This document shows positions 1 through 8,540 of a stretch of DNA of 57,037 nt, in pieces. The stretch comes from Chloroflexota bacterium (GTDB taxonomy: Bacteria > Chloroflexota > Dormibacteria > CF-121), in the NCBI GenBank assembly GCA_005881175.1, contig VBEN01000015.1, positions 1 through 57,037 on the forward strand, given 5' to 3'. The first letter of the stretch is position 1, and every line of letters starts with the position of its first letter. The translations under genes were made by a program, and so were the position numbers. The notes below the pieces were generated by a model. That model had not been told where the DNA came from and did not search any database. It saw only the letters and a list, made by a program, of their open reading frames with translations.

Positions 1-35
1 TCGAACATCTTTTCGAGTTCCCGCCGCACCAGCGT

Positions 36-41
36 TATAAT
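36..41 (+). promoter_or_regulatory. Putative -10 box (TATAAT) upstream of ku. An AAAGGAGG Shine-Dalgarno lies at 56-63.
   Basis: Exact TATAAT at 36-41 and a strong SD 8 nt before ATG 72. The -35 is weak (TTCGAG at 12-17). Confidence 0.3.
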
Positions 42-71
42 CCGGGCAACTCAGTAAAGGAGGCCATCAGG

Positions 72-950
72 ATGGCCCGGTCTATGTGGCGAGGCGCGAT
101 CAGTTTCGGGATGGTGGCGATCCCCATAAGGATGTACCTTGCCACCGAGGCGCACAGCGCGGTCTCCTTCCGCCAGCTCTGCCCCCACTGCCAGCTGCCG
201 ATCAAGCAGCAGCGCCATTGCCCCACCGACGACCATGTGGTGGCTTTCAATGAGGTGTTGAAGGGATACGAGGTCGGAAAGAACCAGTTCGTCATCATCG
301 ACGAAGAAGACCTGGACAAGCTGCCGCTCAAGACCACCAAGACGATCGACATCGTGGAGTTCGTCGAGCGCAACGAAGTCCCGCTCGGTCTGTACGTCAA
401 GAGCGCCTACTACCTCGAGCCGGAGGATGTGGGGGTCAAACCGTTCTTTCTCTTGAAGAGGGCGCTCGAGGATACCAATAAGGTGGCAGTCGCCAAGATA
501 GCCCTGCGCGATCGAGAGCATCTCTCCCTGATCCAGGTCGAAGGCGACACCCTGCTCTGCAACACGCTCAACTGGCCCGACGAGATCCGCTCGACGCAGG
601 AGCTCAATCTGCCGCAGAACGTCAAGATCAGTGACAAGGAGGTCGCGATGGCCACCTCTCTGATCGACAACCTGACGGATAGTTTCAAGCCGGAACGCTA
701 CACCGACGACTACAAGGCCGCCTTCCAGCAGATCGTCGACCAGAAGATGAAGGGGCTCCAAGTCGTGACGCCAACCCCCGCCGAGGAGCCACGGGTGATG
801 GACCTGATGGCTGCCCTGAAGGCGTCGGTCGAGGCGACCAAGCAAGGGAAGAAGCCGGCCGCCCGGCCGGCCGCGTCGAAAGCCGCGAAGGTGAAGGTGG
901 CTGCCAAAACGTCGGCGGCCCGGCCCGCGGCCCGACGGCGCACGGCCTAG
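72..950 (+). CDS. ku: Ku protein (bacterial NHEJ DNA end-binding) with a Lys/Ala-rich basic C-terminal tail
   Basis: N-terminus MARSMWRGAISFGMVAIPIRMYLATE is the bacterial Ku signature. It is followed by KGYEV...IIDEEDL, and the tail is KQGKKPAARPAASKAAKVKVAAK. Confidence 0.9.
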   Translation: MARSMWRGAISFGMVAIPIRMYLATEAHSAVSFRQLCPHCQLPIKQQRHCPTDDHVVAFNEVLKGYEVGKNQFVIIDEEDLDKLPLKTTKTIDIVEFVERNEVPLGLYVKSAYYLEPEDVGVKPFFLLKRALEDTNKVAVAKIALRDREHLSLIQVEGDTLLCNTLNWPDEIRSTQELNLPQNVKISDKEVAMATSLIDNLTDSFKPERYTDDYKAAFQQIVDQKMKGLQVVTPTPAEEPRVMDLMAALKASVEATKQGKKPAARPAASKAAKVKVAAKTSAARPAARRRTA

Positions 951-975
951 GACGTCGTAGTACATTCCGGCTAGT

Positions 976-2034
976 ATGCCGTCGCGTTCGCAAACGGTTG
1001 AGCTCGACCTGCCCTTCGAGCGGGTGCTACCCGACCGACTTCGGCCGATGCTTCCGATGACGGCGGCCGCGCCCTTTGACTCCTCCGAATACGCCTTCGA
1101 TGTCGCCTGGGATGGCGTGCGCGCGCTGGCCTCGGTCGACCGTGACCGGGTTGGCCTGTGGGGTCGAACGCTGCTGGACCTGACGGGACGATACCCCGAG
1201 GTTCAAGTGCTGGCCAATCTGCTCCCGCCTGAAACCATTGTCGACGGCGAGCTGATCGTCGCCGACCCAGAGGGTCGGCCGGATGCCGTAGCGCTGGCCA
1301 GGCGGCAGCAGACGGCGCACCCGGAGGCGGTGGCCCGAGCCGCCGCCGCGCAGCCCGTCACCTATGTCGTCCACGACCTCCTCTACTTGCGCGGCCGGTC
1401 CTGGCTGAGAGAGCCGCTGGTCCGCCGCCGTCCCCGACTGAACGACGTGCTGCAATCTTCCGGCCGGATCTATGTCGTGGAACCGGTTGCCGACGACGGA
1501 CTGGCATTTTTCGACGCGGCTCGGGAAAAGGGCCTGGAGGGGGTGATCGCCAAACGGTTCGACAGTCCCTACCGGGCGGGCCAGCGCCACCCGGATTGGC
1601 TGCTGATCGAAGCGGTGCGCCGCCAGGATTTCGTCGTCATCGGTTTCATACCCCAGGCCGGTGATCCGCTGCTCGAGGCACTGATCGTGGGGACCCACGA
1701 TGGGCGAACGATCCACCCCGCCGGTCGTGTTGGTGGCGGCTTCGACAACGCCACCTCCCAGCGCTTGCGCAAGGCGCTGGATGCGCTGGCCGGTAGCGCC
1801 GGCCCGGACGATTCGCGGTGGATTGATGACCGGATCTGCTGGGTCCAGCCAAAAATCGTGGTGTCGGTCAAATTCAGCGAGTGGGATCTCAAGGGACAGC
1901 TACGCTTTCCGATCTTCAGCCGGTTACGGCCCGAAGTCGCGCCCGAGGAATGCGTGCGCACGCCGATGGTCGAACCCCCGCTGCGGTCGAGACCACGACT
2001 CGTCGACATTCAGCTTCCGCGCCTGCCGCTCTAG
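976..2034 (+). CDS. ATP-dependent DNA ligase-like protein (LigD/LigC ligase-domain family). The motif I lysine is absent, so it is possibly catalytically dead.
   Basis: Motifs III (VDGELIV), IIIa (VVHDLLYLRG) and IV (LEGVIAKR) plus an OB-fold tail are present. Motif I reads AWDGVR instead of KxDGxR. Motif V reads WLLIE instead of WxKxK. Confidence 0.8.
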   Translation: MPSRSQTVELDLPFERVLPDRLRPMLPMTAAAPFDSSEYAFDVAWDGVRALASVDRDRVGLWGRTLLDLTGRYPEVQVLANLLPPETIVDGELIVADPEGRPDAVALARRQQTAHPEAVARAAAAQPVTYVVHDLLYLRGRSWLREPLVRRRPRLNDVLQSSGRIYVVEPVADDGLAFFDAAREKGLEGVIAKRFDSPYRAGQRHPDWLLIEAVRRQDFVVIGFIPQAGDPLLEALIVGTHDGRTIHPAGRVGGGFDNATSQRLRKALDALAGSAGPDDSRWIDDRICWVQPKIVVSVKFSEWDLKGQLRFPIFSRLRPEVAPEECVRTPMVEPPLRSRPRLVDIQLPRLPL

Positions 2035-2065
2035 AGCCGGGGCTCGCAGCCCGTAAAGTAGGGGC

Positions 2066-2551
2066 GTGTCGATCGCGGACAAGGTGGTGGTGCGCCTTCG
2101 CGTCAATGGCGAAGACACCGCGATCATGGCGCCGCCCTATAAAACCCTGCTCGAGGTCCTTCGCGAAGATCTGGGCCTGACCGGCACCAAGCACGGCTGC
2201 GAGTTGGGAGAGTGCTCGATGTGCGGGGTGCTCGTCGACGGTAAGCCTTTTCTGTCATGCCTGGCGATGCCGCTCGACCTGGAAGGCCGCGAGGTGACGA
2301 CCATCGAAGGCATGCCGCGAGGCCGCGAGCTGCATCCCCTCCAGGTTGCGTTTGCCGAGCTCGGGGCCGCGCAATGCGGCTACTGCACGCCCGCCATGCT
2401 GCTGACCGCCAAGGCCCTGCTCGACCGCGAGCCGCGGCCGTCGCGCGAGGCGATCAAGGATGCCCTCTCGGGGGTTCTCTGCCGCTGTACCGGGTACCTG
2501 AAGATCTTCGAGGCGGTCGAGCTGGCAGCGTCGAGAGCCACACGTGGCTGA
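2066..2551 (+). CDS. (2Fe-2S)-binding small subunit of a xanthine dehydrogenase/CoxS/HcrC-family molybdenum hydroxylase
   Basis: Contains GCELGECSMCGV, CGYCTPAM and CRCTGY cysteine motifs. At 161 aa it is followed by the Mo subunit with an 8-nt overlap. Confidence 0.9.
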   Translation: MSIADKVVVRLRVNGEDTAIMAPPYKTLLEVLREDLGLTGTKHGCELGECSMCGVLVDGKPFLSCLAMPLDLEGREVTTIEGMPRGRELHPLQVAFAELGAAQCGYCTPAMLLTAKALLDREPRPSREAIKDALSGVLCRCTGYLKIFEAVELAASRATRG

Positions 2552-4895
2552 GTTTTCCGTCGTCGGCAAGCCGCTGACCAAGCCCGACGCCTACGCCAAG
2601 GTCAGCGGCCAGACAAAGTTTGCCGACGATCTGTCGCTGCCGCGCATGCTCTACGGCCGGATTCTGCGGAGTCCCTACCCGCACGCCCGGATCCTGCGGG
2701 TTGACCCATCACGCGCGCAGACCCTTCCCGGAGTGCTGGCCGTGCTGACCGGCGATGATCTCCCGGTGAAGTTCGGCATCCTCCCGGTCAGCCAGGACGA
2801 GGAGGCGCTCGCCCGCGACAAGGTTCGGTACGTGGGCGATCCGATCGCGGCAGTGGCCGCCACGGACGAGTGGGTCGCCGATGAAGCGCTGGACCTGATC
2901 GACGTGCAGTTCACCGAACTGCCGCATTTCATGTCGATCCCACAGGCACTGGCCGGCGAGGGTGAGCCGATCCACGGCACCTCGAACGTGCACAAGGCCG
3001 TGGCCCTCGAGTTCGGTGATACCGAGGCCGCAATGCGGGCCGCTGATCACGTGCGAGAAGACGTCGTCTTCTTCGAAGGCAACACACATCTCCCGATGGA
3101 GCAGCACGCCGCGCTCGCCCAGTATGCGGCCGACGGCAAGCTCACCCTCTGGACCTCATCGCAGACCCCGCACTACGTGCATCGCGCGCTGGGCAAGGTG
3201 CTCGACCTACCGATGAGCCGGATCCGCGTGATCGCCACGCCGAATGGCGGCGGATTCGGTGGCAAGAGCGACATCTTCTCGCACGAGCTCGTCGCCGCCA
3301 AGCTCGCCATCGCCACCGGGCGGCCGGTGAAGATCACCCTCACGCGCGAGGAAGTCTTCTATGCCCACCGCGGACGCCACCCGGTGCTGATGAAGGTCAG
3401 GACCGGGTTCACGCGCAGCGGGCGGATTACCGGCATGCAGTTTCAGAGCTTCCTCGATGGCGGCGGTTACGGCAGCTACGGGGTCGCGAGCACCTACTAC
3501 ACGGGCGCGTTGCAGGCCACGACCTACGCCATCCCGCGATACCGGTTCGAAGGCGTGCGGCTCTTCACGAACAAGCCGCCCTGCGGTCCCAAGCGCGGGC
3601 ACGGCACGCCGCAGCCGCGGTTTGCGCTGGAAGTCCATCTCGACAAAGTCGCCGAAGAACTGGGACTCGATCCCGTCGAGATTCGCCGCCGCAATTTGCC
3701 GAAGTCCGACTCGCGCACGGTCAACTGGTTGCGGATCACGAGCTGCGGACTTACGGACTGCATTAATAAGGTTGTCGAGGGCTCCCGCTTCCTGGAACGG
3801 CGAACCTCGATGCCGCGGGGGCGTGGCCTCGGCTTCGCGGTCAGCTCCTACCTGAGTGGTGCCGGCACCGCCATTTACTGGAACGACATGCCCCACTCAG
3901 AGGTCCAGCTGAAGCTCGACCGCAATGGCGGGGTCGCGCTACTGTGTGGGGCGATCGACATCGGCCAGGGCTCGGACCACATCCTGGCGGCGATCGTCGC
4001 CGAAGTCCTTGGAGTCGCGATCGATGACATCCAGCTGACAACCGCCGATACCGACTTGACCCCGATCGATCTGGGCAGCTACTCGTCACGGGTCACCTTC
4101 ATGGCGGGCAATGCTGCGAAGGCTGCCGCGGAAAACGTTCGCGACCGGCTGTTTGCCGTAGCTGCGACGGCTCTGCATTGTGATGCGGAGGAGCTCGTCG
4201 CGCGCGACCGCCGAATCTTCCGCCTCAACCGGCCGGCCGACGGGCTGTCCTTCGCCCAGGTGGTGCAGCTTGCCGAGGGGGAAGGCGGGGTGGTCACTGG
4301 TAGCGGGAGCTACACCCCGCCGAAGCTCGCCGGGCCGTACAAGGGAGCCGGGGTTGGACCGAGCCCCGCCTACTCCTATTCAGCGGCCGTCGTCGAGGTC
4401 GATTGCGACCTCAAGACCGGCGAGGTGAAGGTTCCCGAGGTCTGGATCGCCCACGACATCGGACGCGCCATCAACCCCATGCTGGTGATCGGCCAGGTGG
4501 AGGGCAGCGTCTACATGGCGTTGGGCGAGGCGCTGATGGAGGAACAGACATTCCGTCTCGGACTGCACAAGTTTCCTTCGCTGCTCGAGTACAAGAGTCC
4601 GACGGCGCTGGAGGCGCCGGTGATGCACACGTACCTGGTCGAAACGATCGATCGCGAGGGCCCGTTTGGCGCAAAGGAAGCGGGCCAGGGACCGCTGCTG
4701 CCGGTCATCCCGGCCGTGGCCAACGCCATCTACAACGCGCTTGGGATTCGCATCGATGAGATTCCCATTACGCCCGACAAGGTGCTGAAGGCGCTGAACG
4801 CCCGCGACAAGCGTGTCGGGCCGAAAACGGTGCCGGCCTTCGCGTTTCCGCCGCTGATAAAGGCCGAGGTCCCACCAGAGTGGAAAGGTAAGTAG
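2544..4895 (+). CDS. Molybdopterin-binding large subunit, xanthine dehydrogenase/aldehyde oxidase family (HcrA/CoxL-like; not a CO dehydrogenase)
   Basis: 783 aa with the a/b-hammerhead N-terminus (KFADDLSLPRMLYGRILRSPYPHARI), GGGFGGK and a PFGAKEAGQGP C-terminal motif. Confidence 0.9.
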   Translation: MAEFSVVGKPLTKPDAYAKVSGQTKFADDLSLPRMLYGRILRSPYPHARILRVDPSRAQTLPGVLAVLTGDDLPVKFGILPVSQDEEALARDKVRYVGDPIAAVAATDEWVADEALDLIDVQFTELPHFMSIPQALAGEGEPIHGTSNVHKAVALEFGDTEAAMRAADHVREDVVFFEGNTHLPMEQHAALAQYAADGKLTLWTSSQTPHYVHRALGKVLDLPMSRIRVIATPNGGGFGGKSDIFSHELVAAKLAIATGRPVKITLTREEVFYAHRGRHPVLMKVRTGFTRSGRITGMQFQSFLDGGGYGSYGVASTYYTGALQATTYAIPRYRFEGVRLFTNKPPCGPKRGHGTPQPRFALEVHLDKVAEELGLDPVEIRRRNLPKSDSRTVNWLRITSCGLTDCINKVVEGSRFLERRTSMPRGRGLGFAVSSYLSGAGTAIYWNDMPHSEVQLKLDRNGGVALLCGAIDIGQGSDHILAAIVAEVLGVAIDDIQLTTADTDLTPIDLGSYSSRVTFMAGNAAKAAAENVRDRLFAVAATALHCDAEELVARDRRIFRLNRPADGLSFAQVVQLAEGEGGVVTGSGSYTPPKLAGPYKGAGVGPSPAYSYSAAVVEVDCDLKTGEVKVPEVWIAHDIGRAINPMLVIGQVEGSVYMALGEALMEEQTFRLGLHKFPSLLEYKSPTALEAPVMHTYLVETIDREGPFGAKEAGQGPLLPVIPAVANAIYNALGIRIDEIPITPDKVLKALNARDKRVGPKTVPAFAFPPLIKAEVPPEWKGK

Positions 4896-5926
4896 TGCTG
4901 CGGCTGCCGCGGCTTCAATACCTACGGCCACGATCGGTTAGCGAGGCCTGCGACATGGCGGCATCGCAGCCCGGAGCCATGTTCATCGCCGGCGGCACCG
5001 ACCTGGTGCCGAATCTGAAGCGCCGGCAATTCGATGTGCCGGCGCTGATCAGCCTCAGCGCGCTTTCGGGCATGCGGCTGATCGCCGGCGACGCCAAAGA
5101 CGGGCTGACGATCGGGGCGGGGGCGACGCTCGATGAACTGGCGCACCATCCCGCGCTGAACGGCCCGTATCGCGCGCTCGCCCAGGCGTGCGACCTGGTG
5201 TCAACTCCCCAGGTTCGCTGCATGGGGACGCTGGGCGGCAATCTTCTGGTCGACCCTCGCTGCAACTACTACAACCAGACCTACAGCTGGCGAAAAGCCG
5301 TCGGGTTCTGCTTGAAGAAAGACGGCGACATCTGCCTTGTGGCCCGCAGCTCGCCGCGGTGCTGGGCGGTGTCATCATCGGACAGCGCGCCGGTGGCGCT
5401 GGCCCTGAACGCGACCGTGGTATTGCACGGCGTTGGCGGCGAGCGTCGCATTCGCGCCGACGACCTCTATAAGGATGACGGCATCGACTACACAACCAAA
5501 CGTGCCGATGAGGTCATCACCTCGCTGCACGTCCCAGCGTCGAAAGAAAGGATGACGAGTGCCTACTGGAAGCTGCGTCGCCGGCCGGCCTTCGACTTCC
5601 CAATCCTCGGCGTGGCCGTTGCGCTGAGCTGGGACGATGGGATGGTGCAGACCGCACGCGGTGCGCTCGGGGCCGTTGGGTCGCGCCCGGTCGACATCAC
5701 CCCATTTCTCGGGCCTTTAACCGGAAGCCGCCCTGATGACAGGCTGATTGCCGAGGTGGCGGACGGGGCCGATAAACCGGCGCGGCCGCTGGATAACACC
5801 GACCTCAGCCACTACTGGCGCAAACGGATGACACGGGTCTACATCGAGCGGGCGCTGCGAGACGCCTGCGGTCTCCCGCCGGTCGAGGGACGACTCAGCG
5901 CCCAGGTCAAGGCGAGCTCAATGTAA
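4895..5926 (+). CDS. FAD-binding medium subunit (CoxM/HcrB-like) carrying a 4-Cys insertion
   Basis: Shows the FAD-binding PCMH pattern (FIAGGTDLVPNLK). The insertion is CNYYNQTYSWRKAVGFCLKKDGDICLVARSSPRC at nt 5261-5362. Its start overlaps the stop of the large subunit. Confidence 0.85.
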   Translation: MLRLPRLQYLRPRSVSEACDMAASQPGAMFIAGGTDLVPNLKRRQFDVPALISLSALSGMRLIAGDAKDGLTIGAGATLDELAHHPALNGPYRALAQACDLVSTPQVRCMGTLGGNLLVDPRCNYYNQTYSWRKAVGFCLKKDGDICLVARSSPRCWAVSSSDSAPVALALNATVVLHGVGGERRIRADDLYKDDGIDYTTKRADEVITSLHVPASKERMTSAYWKLRRRPAFDFPILGVAVALSWDDGMVQTARGALGAVGSRPVDITPFLGPLTGSRPDDRLIAEVADGADKPARPLDNTDLSHYWRKRMTRVYIERALRDACGLPPVEGRLSAQVKASSM

Positions 5927-5976
5927 CGCTCCGTCCAGAACGTCAGGCCGGGAGGCGGGCCGCGTTATATCTACCG

Positions 5977-6303
5977 ATGAAGCACATCCCCGCGCTCTTG
6001 ATCCTGGCCGGCTTATTGACAGCATGCGCCGGCACGGCGACCATCTCCGGGTCCAGTGTCAAGGGCGTCCGCACGGATGCCGGCTCGAGCTACGCGCCCG
6101 TGAACAGCGGCTCGAATAGCGCATCTGGGATCGAAGACCTCGCCCGCGTCAACCCCGCGATCCAAAAGCGTACGGAACGATCGGTGGCTCCCGTTAGCGC
6201 GCCCGCCCCGGCGCCGAGGGTTCAGGTCCGGCCCGGTGCTGGCGATGGCTGCGGTGGCGGCACCGGCGTTGGAAAAGCGCAGCCGATGTGTGCTGTCGAA
6301 TAG
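5977..6303 (+). CDS. Small lipoprotein, unknown function
   Basis: Signal peptide with a lipobox (MKHIPALLILAGLLTAC-AG). Followed by a terminator hairpin. Confidence 0.55.
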   Translation: MKHIPALLILAGLLTACAGTATISGSSVKGVRTDAGSSYAPVNSGSNSASGIEDLARVNPAIQKRTERSVAPVSAPAPAPRVQVRPGAGDGCGGGTGVGKAQPMCAVE

Positions 6304-6332
6304 CCGAAGCCGATAACCACGAAGTAACAAGA

Positions 6333-6359
6333 AAAGAGGGTGCCGACGGCACCCTCTTT
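6333..6359. terminator. Bidirectional intrinsic terminator hairpin between convergent genes
   Basis: The sequence aaagagggtgcc-gac-ggcaccctcttt forms a 12-bp perfect stem with a 3-nt loop. It is flanked by an A-run upstream and a T-rich run (ttctctttctg) downstream. Confidence 0.6.
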
Positions 6360-6379
6360 CTCTTTCTGCCTGGTTGGTT

Positions 6380-8338
6380 TTACCTTGCAGGAACCGATTG
6401 GGCGGCAATGTAGACGTTCTGATCGTTGACGGGCACTCCGTCAGGAGTAATCGCGCCGCAGACCGAAGGCGGCGTGGCGATTGTCCCGGGGCTTGCACCT
6501 GGGCATGCGAACAGGTCAGGGTCACGCGTATCCGACCAGAAGGGATACGCGTTGTCGACGGCAGACAGCCCGGCATAGTCACCCCAGAAGGTGCTGTAGG
6601 TGCCTTCGGGGAACTGAGTCGGAATGGGCATGGAAGAGCTGCTCACTCGCTGAATGCCAAAGGTTGTGAAGGGAGCCGAGCCACCCGAGATGCTTACGTC
6701 CGAGTATCCGGTCACTTCATCGGTTCCATACTGGCGGTCGTAATAGGACGTGGCGAGCTTCCCGTTCTTGGTGAAGGCGATCCACTGGAACCACTGATCG
6801 GTCGTCGCCTGCCCGGGCTCCTGGGTTGCGCTTGTCAGCGCTCGCGGGTCGGTCGTGGTCCCCGTGAACGTCTGGCCGCCGTCGTTTGAGACGCTCAAGA
6901 GGATGTCGTCGTTGCAGGCCCCCGGCGTTTTAACGCCGGTGAAGAGGTTCTGGCCCGTAACCGGGCTGGTGCCCGTCGGCGTGCAGCCGTTCGACTCCTT
7001 TGAATGCTGGTTGATATACGAGCCGAACGCGACGACCACCTGGTTCGGGTTCGTGGGGTTGACCGCGCCCGATCCGTAGTTCGTCGCCCGGAAGATCGAA
7101 TTGTTGGTCGCAGCTTTCTCCGGGACGCAGGCTCGGAAATTGTCGTGGCCACCCTGGTATGTGGCGCAGTCCGGCAGGTCGTAGAAGTCGGTGACCTTGA
7201 CCAAGCCGCTGAAGGTCACTCCGCCGTCGATGGACCTGGCCAGGAGAATCTGGTTGCGGTTGTCCGGTCCACCGAGCGTTTGACCATTATTGAAGTTGTT
7301 GAAGATAACGTACAGCACGCCGTCAGGACCAACGAAAGGTTGCGAGAACTGGTTCTCATTGCAGCCGCCGACGGCCAATCCGTAGTCGTTGACGCAGAGC
7401 GGGCTGTTGAGGCTGACCAGGTGGCGCGGTGAGAAGTGCTCGCCGTAGTCCGACGAGTACGCCTCGTAGATGAACGCCGTCCCATTGGGGGCAAACTCCG
7501 TCCAGGTGACGTAGATGCGATCCTGGAACGGGGTGCAGCTCGCTCCCGGCGTGGCGACCGTGGTACCCGCAGCGCAGGCGTTTGCGTTGTTGTCGACCGC
7601 CATGAACTGCTTGTCTTGAAGCGGAAGAAAGTTCCCGGTTGTGTTGTTTGATTCGATCACTGGCCGGCCGGGGAAGTTGAACGAGGCACCAAAGTTCTGG
7701 GTGGAACGGAAGACATACAGACCGTTGGATTGATCGATGTCACCAGTCGTGGCCCGGCCACGCTTGAACATCTGACATGACAAATAGGCGTTGCCCTTTG
7801 AGTCCCAAGCCACTGACGTATCGCCCGAAGCCTGGAAATACTCGCGCGGCCGCTGGATGAACGTACCGCGAACGAAGTTATTGGGCACGGTTGTCTCATT
7901 CCAGGTCCGACCCTTGTCGAGGCTGTAGGAGACTCCACAGGTCGCGTCGCCACGGCGATAGTCGTTGTAGCTGGCGATCAGATGGTTCGGCTGATTCGGG
8001 TCCTGAGCGACGTAGGTTTCGTTCTGGGCCTGGCTACGTCCCTGCAAATCTGGATCGCTAAGGTTCAGGCAATTCTGGTTGACCTTGATGTTCGAGCTCT
8101 GGTTGACCGGACAGGCGTCGCTTCCGCGTGGGAAGTAACTCGTCGGCTTTGAACCTCCGTCGCTGCCGTTGGACCCCAGCTCGTGAGAAGCGAACCCCGA
8201 GATGATCCTGGCCTGGATGTCATTGAGCTCGTCATCGATCTGCGGCACGGTCGCCTGTACGTTGCTCAGGCCCGGCTGGAATATCAAAAGACCCGCCACC
8301 GGCAGCGCCGTAATTAGCCGAAGCAAGCGCGACTTCAT
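6380..8338 (-). CDS. Secreted BNR/Asp-box repeat protein (sialidase-superfamily beta-propeller-like)
   Basis: Signal peptide MKSRLLRLITALPVAGLLIFQPGLSNVQA. Asp-boxes are SLDKGRTW, SIDGGVTF and SNDGGQTF. The protein is Asn/Ser/Thr-rich with many paired Cys. Confidence 0.8.
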   Translation of the reverse strand: MKSRLLRLITALPVAGLLIFQPGLSNVQATVPQIDDELNDIQARIISGFASHELGSNGSDGGSKPTSYFPRGSDACPVNQSSNIKVNQNCLNLSDPDLQGRSQAQNETYVAQDPNQPNHLIASYNDYRRGDATCGVSYSLDKGRTWNETTVPNNFVRGTFIQRPREYFQASGDTSVAWDSKGNAYLSCQMFKRGRATTGDIDQSNGLYVFRSTQNFGASFNFPGRPVIESNNTTGNFLPLQDKQFMAVDNNANACAAGTTVATPGASCTPFQDRIYVTWTEFAPNGTAFIYEAYSSDYGEHFSPRHLVSLNSPLCVNDYGLAVGGCNENQFSQPFVGPDGVLYVIFNNFNNGQTLGGPDNRNQILLARSIDGGVTFSGLVKVTDFYDLPDCATYQGGHDNFRACVPEKAATNNSIFRATNYGSGAVNPTNPNQVVVAFGSYINQHSKESNGCTPTGTSPVTGQNLFTGVKTPGACNDDILLSVSNDGGQTFTGTTTDPRALTSATQEPGQATTDQWFQWIAFTKNGKLATSYYDRQYGTDEVTGYSDVSISGGSAPFTTFGIQRVSSSSMPIPTQFPEGTYSTFWGDYAGLSAVDNAYPFWSDTRDPDLFACPGASPGTIATPPSVCGAITPDGVPVNDQNVYIAAQSVPAR

Positions 8339-8540
8339 ACACCCTCCTTGAGTAGCCGAGAAGACGACAGCAATGGACCGCCGTGCCGGGGCGCCTGGCC
8401 TTTTTCCCTCCCCAAGGAAAACTAACGAATGGTTAACCCCCTGTAAAAGCGGGACCGCTCCAATACTGATCTTGCGATACGAGAAGTGTCAAGCCCCGGC
8501 CGCTGTCAGGTCCTTGGCGAGACTCACGTAAGCTGAGTGC

